A stretch of DNA of 12,075 bases from Thermoplasmata archaeon. GTDB taxonomy: Archaea > Thermoplasmatota > Thermoplasmata > Lutacidiplasmatales > UBA184. Positions 8,059-12,075 of this stretch are shown piece after piece. Both the position numbers and the translations under genes were made by a program. Within the stretch, counting starts at the first letter, position 1; each line of letters begins with the position of its first letter. Below the pieces are notes generated by a model that had not been told where the DNA came from, made no database searches, and saw only the letters and a list, made by a program, of their open reading frames with translations. Location: assembly GCA_028864975.1 (NCBI GenBank), contig JAGWLG010000053.1:1-12075 (forward strand), written 5' to 3'.

Positions 8059-8078
8059 ACTATGTAGTTCACTATAGT
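8059..8078. promoter_or_regulatory. 20-bp operator-like motif, copy C
   Basis: ACTATGTAGTTCACTATAGT; 15 bp upstream of a weak TATA-like TTATCTT (8094-8100) and 45 bp from ATG 8123. Confidence 0.7.
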
Positions 8079-8122
8079 ATCAGCAGATACCTGTTATCTT
8101 CCGCGGACCAACTCCACCGCCG

Positions 8123-10234
8123 ATGGCGGACGAACCGGCTCGTGAAGTGGTCTCCATCCCGACGATGCGGACCGCGGCGCGAGAGCAGCGGAAGATCCTC
8201 GCTGCCCTGGATTCGAGCAGGACCAAGTCCTTCCATCTCAAGACCATCGTCATCGCGGGAATGGGGTTCTACTCCGATGCGTACGACCTCTTCGTCATCT
8301 CGATGGTCCTCCCGATCCTGGCGTTCCTACCTGGAACCGGCGCGACCTCGAAGTTCGAAGTGTCGGCCCTGGCGGCCGCCGCGCTCTTCGGGGCCGTGGC
8401 CGGACAGGTGTTCTTCGGATTCCTCGCGGACAAGTTCGGCCGAAAGAGGATCTATTCCGTGACGCTCTCCGTCATGGTCGTTGGCGCGATTGGGAGCGCG
8501 CTTTCGGGCCCGTTCATGGGCATGAACCTCGTCATGGTTCTCGTGCTCTGGCGATTCCTACTCGGCTTCGGGGTAGGAGGGGATTATCCGCTGTCGGCCA
8601 CCATCATGAGCGAGTACAGCAACGTTCGCAATCGAGGACGCCTGGTGGCGAGCGTCTTTGCCATGCAAGGTTTCGGGCTCTTGACCGGGGCCTGCGTAGC
8701 GCTCGTAACCATCGTGGCCTTCCCAAACAACTTGGATCTGGTCTGGCGAAGTGTCCTGGCGTTCGGTGCGGTTCCCGCGCTCGCCACCATCTACTTCAGG
8801 ACCAAGATGCCGGAGACGCCCCGGTTCCAGCTCGCAGTTAGTCACGACACTAAGTCCGCAGCACGCACCGTCTCAGCGCTCACCGGGACGTCGGCTACCG
8901 CGCAGGTTTCTGGGACACGCTCTTCGACGAACATTCGGGTCCCACTTCGGACCTTCTTCGTCAACTATGGTCCGGTTCTCTTCGGAACAGCGGCGTGCTG
9001 GTTCCTCCTGGACATCGCATTCTACTTCTCGAACATCTTCAATCCGACGGTCCTGACCCACATCGGTTTCGTGACGAAGGGACTGCCAACCCACCAGGTC
9101 GTCCTCAACCTCGCCGAGGGGAACATCCTGATCGCGGTGTTCGCGACGGTCCCTGGATACTGGGCTGCGGTGGCCCTCATCGACCGGTGGGGCCGACGTG
9201 GATTGCAGATCCTGGGGTTCGGGGTGATGGCGATCTCCTTCACCTTCCTCGCCGTCTTCTACAACGAGCTTCTTGCGACATCGCTCCTGTTCTTCCTCGT
9301 GGTCTACGCTACCACGTTCTTCTTCGCGAACTTCGGGCCCAACACGACCACTTTCGTGATCCCTAGCGAGGTCTATCCGACACAGTTCCGAGGGACCGGG
9401 CACGGGATCTCCGCGGCGTCCGGGAAGATGGGCGCCGCGATCGCCACGTTCTTCCTCCCGCTCTTCGTGTTGAGCGATGGGCTCCCGGCAACCCTGATGG
9501 TCCTCGCCGGCGTCTCCTTCCTAGGCTTCCTGATCTCCTTGGCGGTGACTCCAGAGACCGCCGGCCGGGCGCTCGAGGACGTCTCGAGAGAGGACGAGCT
9601 CCACCTCATGGTGGAACGGTTCTCGGGCCACCTCGAGGGGCTCGTTGACGCGGTGAAGCTCGGGGCCATCGAGCTGAAGATGCTCCTGGACAACCCGCCC
9701 ACGGAACAGGCCGTGCGGATCACCCGAATTCGAGCCATCGAGCATAGCGCCGACGAGGCGGTCCACCAAGTCTACGTTGACCTCAACAACAAGGTGATGA
9801 AGAGCCAGGTCCGCTCGGACGTCGGCGCCCTGGCGTCGCACATCGACGACATCATGGACGGGATCGAGAGCGTCTCCGCCCGAATGCAGACCTACCATTT
9901 CACCGAGAGCAACGCCGAGCTCCGACGGTTCGCGGACATCGTGGTCCAGTGCGTTGACCAGGTGGGGGTTGGGATCCGGGCGCTCGACCGGCTCTTGCAG
10001 GGCGAGAACCAAGAGCTCCAGAGGGCCATCATCGAGGTCAACCGCTTGGAGAACGAGGCGGACGACCTGCTGCGGGTCCTGCTAGAACGCTTGTTCAACG
10101 ACTCGAAGGACCCTGTCGAGATCCTGAAGCTCAAAGACCTCTACGAGCGCCTTGAGGTCATCACTGACCGATGCGAGGACGTGACCGATGTGTTCCAGGA
10201 CCTGATGGTCCGTTACGTCCAGACCTCGACCTGA
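8123..10234 (+). CDS. MFS phosphate:H+ symporter (PHS family, PHO84/PHT1-like, aa ~1-490) fused to a C-terminal DUF47/PhoU-like domain (aa ~495-703)
   Basis: IVIAGMGFYSDAYDLF, GVGGDYPLSATIMSEY, FAMQGFG, MPETPRF, WFLLDIAFY, NFGPNTTTFVIPSEVYPTQFRGTGHGISAASGK, PETAGRALED. Then AIEHSADEAVH, HIDDIMDGIE, LENEADDL, LKDLYERLEVITDRCEDV. One continuous frame. Confidence 0.93.
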   Translation: MADEPAREVVSIPTMRTAAREQRKILAALDSSRTKSFHLKTIVIAGMGFYSDAYDLFVISMVLPILAFLPGTGATSKFEVSALAAAALFGAVAGQVFFGFLADKFGRKRIYSVTLSVMVVGAIGSALSGPFMGMNLVMVLVLWRFLLGFGVGGDYPLSATIMSEYSNVRNRGRLVASVFAMQGFGLLTGACVALVTIVAFPNNLDLVWRSVLAFGAVPALATIYFRTKMPETPRFQLAVSHDTKSAARTVSALTGTSATAQVSGTRSSTNIRVPLRTFFVNYGPVLFGTAACWFLLDIAFYFSNIFNPTVLTHIGFVTKGLPTHQVVLNLAEGNILIAVFATVPGYWAAVALIDRWGRRGLQILGFGVMAISFTFLAVFYNELLATSLLFFLVVYATTFFFANFGPNTTTFVIPSEVYPTQFRGTGHGISAASGKMGAAIATFFLPLFVLSDGLPATLMVLAGVSFLGFLISLAVTPETAGRALEDVSREDELHLMVERFSGHLEGLVDAVKLGAIELKMLLDNPPTEQAVRITRIRAIEHSADEAVHQVYVDLNNKVMKSQVRSDVGALASHIDDIMDGIESVSARMQTYHFTESNAELRRFADIVVQCVDQVGVGIRALDRLLQGENQELQRAIIEVNRLENEADDLLRVLLERLFNDSKDPVEILKLKDLYERLEVITDRCEDVTDVFQDLMVRYVQTST

Positions 10235-10317
10235 GCGAGGTCGGGGGATGCCCGCCGCCCCCAAGGTCGGGGAGCCGGGCTCGGTGGGCGGGGCAGGTCG
10301 CAGCGCCGCCGCGCGGA

Positions 10318-10345
10318 GTTTCGGGAGCGCGCGGAGCGCGCACCA
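10318..10345 (-). other. Non-canonical tRNA intron (T-loop, 59/60) in a canonical BHB motif
   Basis: Intron TGGTGCGCGCTCCGCGCGCTCCCGAAAC. T-stem CGCGG/CCGCG, bulge ACT, 4-bp helix TTCG/CGAA, bulge AAT, intron stem of 8 bp with one T.T mismatch. Confidence 0.88.
10324..10341. repeat. Perfect 9-bp tandem repeat inside the tRNA intron
   Basis: GGAGCGCGC GGAGCGCGC on the plus strand. Confidence 0.9.
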
Positions 10346-10429
10346 TTCGAACCGCGGACCTTTCGGTTAACAGCCGATCGCTCTACCGCTGAGCTACGGC
10401 GGCACCGGGTGGCCCGACCCCGGGGGCGG

Positions 10430-10441
10430 TATTTACCTTTC
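10430..10441 (-). promoter_or_regulatory. Putative BRE/TATA of tRNA-Asn, overlapping the stop codon of the upstream gene
   Basis: GAAAGG-TAAATA on the minus strand; TAAATA ends 27 nt before tRNA position 1, and its TAA is the stop at 10435-10433. Confidence 0.55.
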
Positions 10442-10849
10442 CCGTCGGGAGCCCGCCGCCACAGCCCTCGGCACGGGGGCGACCGCCATGGGGGCATTCT
10501 TCGCCCGGAACCCCGCGGCCCTGTCCTTCAGATGCTGGATGATGCTGTTCATCTGGTCGAGCGATCGGTCGAGGTCCCGCCAGAACTCCTTCGACTTCTC
10601 CGTCACCACGGCGCCTTCCGCCGAGGGCTCAATGACCCCCTGTCGCTCGAGCAGGTGGAGCGAGTACCGGACCTTGTGAATAGGGAGCTTGAGCGCTTCC
10701 GATAGGCGGATGATGCCCATGGGGTGATTGTCGGAGAGGCGCTCCAAGATGTCGACGTTACGGGCGAGGAGCTCGAGCTCCGCGAGGATCCTGTCGACAA
10801 GGATCGTGCCCTCAACTTCGTCTTGGACCGGCTCTTCAGGGTTTGGCAT
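10433..10849 (-). CDS. Predicted winged-HTH transcriptional regulator, euryarchaeal COG3388-like, 138 aa
   Basis: ELELLARNVDILERL..PMGIIRLSEAL.LPIHKVRYSLHLLERQGVIEPSAEGA matches, from memory, the family pattern (PIGIVKLS..P.HKVRYSLR.LE...IEPS..GA). Start moved to MPNPEE at 10849 (AAGGTG RBS at 10859-10854; ATTAAATA at 10889-10882). Confidence 0.8.
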   Translation of the reverse strand: MPNPEEPVQDEVEGTILVDRILAELELLARNVDILERLSDNHPMGIIRLSEALKLPIHKVRYSLHLLERQGVIEPSAEGAVVTEKSKEFWRDLDRSLDQMNSIIQHLKDRAAGFRAKNAPMAVAPVPRAVAAGSRRER

Positions 10850-11052
10850 GCTACACCTTGTCCGAACGAGGGTTTCGCCGGTATTTAATGGGTTGTTCAT
10901 CCGGTGCTGACCCAAAAGTGGTGCATGCCAGGGGTTCCCACCACCGGGTGGACGCGCTCAGCCTCCCACATTCGTCGGTGGGATCTCGAATCCCTCCTCC
11001 CCATCGGCAGAGAGAGCGGACGGGCTCGCGCCACACGGGAATCGGAGGTATG

Positions 11053-11126
11053 CGGGCCCGCCGGGATTCGAACCCGGGTCTGAGGCTCCGGAGGCCCCTG
11101 TGATATCCAAGCTATACTACGGGCCC
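11053..11126 (-). tRNA. tRNA-Arg(CCG)
   Basis: GGGCCCG TA GTAT AGCTTGGAT ATCAC A GGGGC CT-CCG-GA GCCTC AGAC CCGGG TTCGAAT CCCGG CGGGCCC G. A20 Arg determinant present; one A12.C23 mismatch; full CCA not encoded. Confidence 0.9.
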
Positions 11127-12075
11127 GTTTAATATGACCCAAAGAGACCAATGCTTGGCCCGGCATGACGCTTTTCGTATGGCCCCACGTCCGGTGGTGA
11201 GGCGGCGCCAGCAGGTCCTCCTTGAGCAGCGAGAAGTGGGTTCCTGGTACCGAGATCACGCCTCCGCAGCGACAGCACGCACACAGCTCGACCAACTTGA
11301 ACTCTTCTCACGCAGGGTGGGGAAGGAGCCTCTCGAGCTCCTCGGCCTGGCCAAGAAGGAACCCCGGGTCCTCCGCGAGCTCGTCCAGGGATACATCAAC
11401 GACCAGCAGGGAGTCGGGAGGAGCTCCCGGTACGCCCTGAACACGTGGTGGGGAGTCCGGTCCTTCCTCGCCTACCACGAACTCGCGCCAGCGTGGACCC
11501 CCAAGCTGAAGCCAGTCGCCGACGACGACACTACCGAAACGGTCCCCTCGGTCGAGCAACTGCGCGGAATCCTCAACGTCCTGTCCGACCGCGACCGGGC
11601 CGCCGCGCTCCTGATGGCGACCTCGGGGATTCGCGGTGGGGTCCTCGCGGTCCAGGAAGGTCCCTCGGACGGGCTCCGCCTGAAGCATCTTCCCGAGTTG
11701 CTGCTGAAGCCCGAGCCCCACTTCGCCAAGACCCCGTTCTTAGTGAGGGTCCCCTCCCATCTCGCGAAGGGCTCTACCGTGTCGAAGCCGCGTGGCTACC
11801 TCACGCTCGGCAATGCCGAGGCTGCCGAGGCCATCGTGACCTACCTCAAGACACGCCTCAACGCGGGGGAGCAGCTGACCGCAGACTCCCCCCTGATCAC
11901 CGGAGACGGGGCCGGGCCTCCGCAGAACCATCGAAGGTCCAAGGACGGCGAAAGAGTGATGGCCCGCAAGTCTCTCGCCCTGACCATCCGCCGGGCGATG
12001 GCCAAGGTTGCCCCCGACGGGACCCACTGGCACACCCACACGCTGCGAGCGTGGTTCTCGACGCAAATGGAGGCG
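11127..12075. mobile_element. Probable left end of a tRNA-Arg-associated integrated element
   Basis: Integrase begins 53 bp from a tRNA gene. No att duplicate is visible within the window, so the extent is unknown. Confidence 0.5.
11179..12075 (+). CDS. Tyrosine recombinase/integrase, 3'-truncated by the window edge
   Basis: Absent from the ORF track because there is no stop in the window. Translated by hand: MAPRPVVRRRQQVLLEQREVGSWYRDHASAATARTQLDQLELF...TWWGVRSFL...VPSVEQLRGILNVLSDRDRAAALLMATSGIR(11632)...LRLKHL...HLAK(11767)G...HWHTH(12037)TLR(12046)AWFSTQMEA. The catalytic R, K and HxxR are seen; the Tyr lies outside. Alternative in-frame ATG at 11134. Confidence 0.9.
   Translation, partial: MAPRPVVRRRQQVLLEQREVGSWYRDHASAATARTQLDQLELFSRRVGKEPLELLGLAKKEPRVLRELVQGYINDQQGVGRSSRYALNTWWGVRSFLAYHELAPAWTPKLKPVADDDTTETVPSVEQLRGILNVLSDRDRAAALLMATSGIRGGVLAVQEGPSDGLRLKHLPELLLKPEPHFAKTPFLVRVPSHLAKGSTVSKPRGYLTLGNAEAAEAIVTYLKTRLNAGEQLTADSPLITGDGAGPPQNHRRSKDGERVMARKSLALTIRRAMAKVAPDGTHWHTHTLRAWFSTQMEA

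Larger units (their letters stand above)
10304..10403 (-). tRNA. tRNA-Asn(GUU) with a 28-nt intron at position 59/60
   Basis: GCCGCCG TA GCTC AGCGGTA GAGC G ATCGG CT-GTT-AA CCGAA AGGTC CGCGG TTCGAA [intron] T CCGCG CGGCGGC G. Acceptor and T stems pair fully once 10345-10318 is removed; G73 discriminator. Confidence 0.92.

Noticed and set aside
7865-8072. Short ORFs 7865..8059 (+) and 7869..8072 (-) in the divergent spacer
   Set aside because: No RBS or recognisable motifs; they run into the operator-like boxes.
1116-10303. Phosphate locus as a genomic island bounded by tRNAs
   Set aside because: No duplicated tRNA end at either boundary, no mobility gene inside, and no obvious compositional shift by eye.
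10318-10345. tRNA-Asn as a disrupted pseudogene
   Set aside because: The insertion forms an exact BHB whose predicted cuts restore the canonical T-loop, and the gene has a correctly spaced promoter.
10850-10915. Extra 22 N-terminal residues of track ORF 10433..10915
   Set aside because: The region contains the likely TATA (ATTAAATA) and RBS for the ATG at 10849.
10979-11003. T-arm-like GGGATCTCGAATCCCTCCTCCCCA on the plus strand, as a tRNA remnant or att site
   Set aside because: No matching acceptor, D or anticodon arms, and no identity to the three tRNAs in the window.
10843-11178. SSV-type split integrase: ORF 10843..11103 is in frame with the integrase across the tRNA
   Set aside because: An in-frame TGA at 11101-11103 lies within the tRNA, the upstream ORF looks non-coding, and the integrase has its own ATG and an apparently complete N-terminal domain.
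133-12066. Numerous overlapping alternative-frame and antisense ORFs in the track (e.g. 146..670, 1786..2436, 2781..3374, 3402..4295, 6552..7262, 8873..9403, 11308..11721, 11740..12066)
   Set aside because: Shadow ORFs of well-supported genes in high-GC DNA, with no family motifs.
1-12075. CRISPR array, rRNA, IS element or known riboswitch
   Set aside because: No regularly spaced repeats, rRNA signatures, transposase/terminal inverted repeats or riboswitch consensus recognised.

Overview
Archaeal DNA, roughly 60-65% GC by eye. The archaeal call rests on CCA-less tRNAs, a bulge-helix-bulge (BHB) tRNA intron, TATA-type promoters, GGAGGTG-type RBSs and a COG3388-like regulator; a Thermoplasmatota-like origin is my inference only. 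The core is a phosphate-acquisition locus. A minus-strand operon (AbrB/SpoVT-PhoU regulator, pstS, pstC, pstA, pstB, phoU) is divergent from a 703-aa PHO84/PHT1-type MFS phosphate:H+ symporter fused to a C-terminal DUF47 (PhoU-fold) domain. Three copies of a 20-bp motif (WCTATRTRGTNSAMTATAGT; outer palindrome ACTAT-N10-ATAGT) lie 45-54 bp upstream of the regulator operon, the transporter and an orphan gene, suggesting an archaeal Pho-box regulon. PstB carries an N-terminal C4 zinc ribbon. Left flank: tRNA(CAU, probably Ile2), a D-2-hydroxyacid dehydrogenase and the start of a ThDP-dependent enzyme. Right flank: tRNA-Asn(GUU) with a 28-nt T-loop intron (59/60) in a canonical BHB, a wHTH regulator, tRNA-Arg(CCG), and a tyrosine integrase that is absent from the ORF track and runs off the window on the 5' side of tRNA-Arg.
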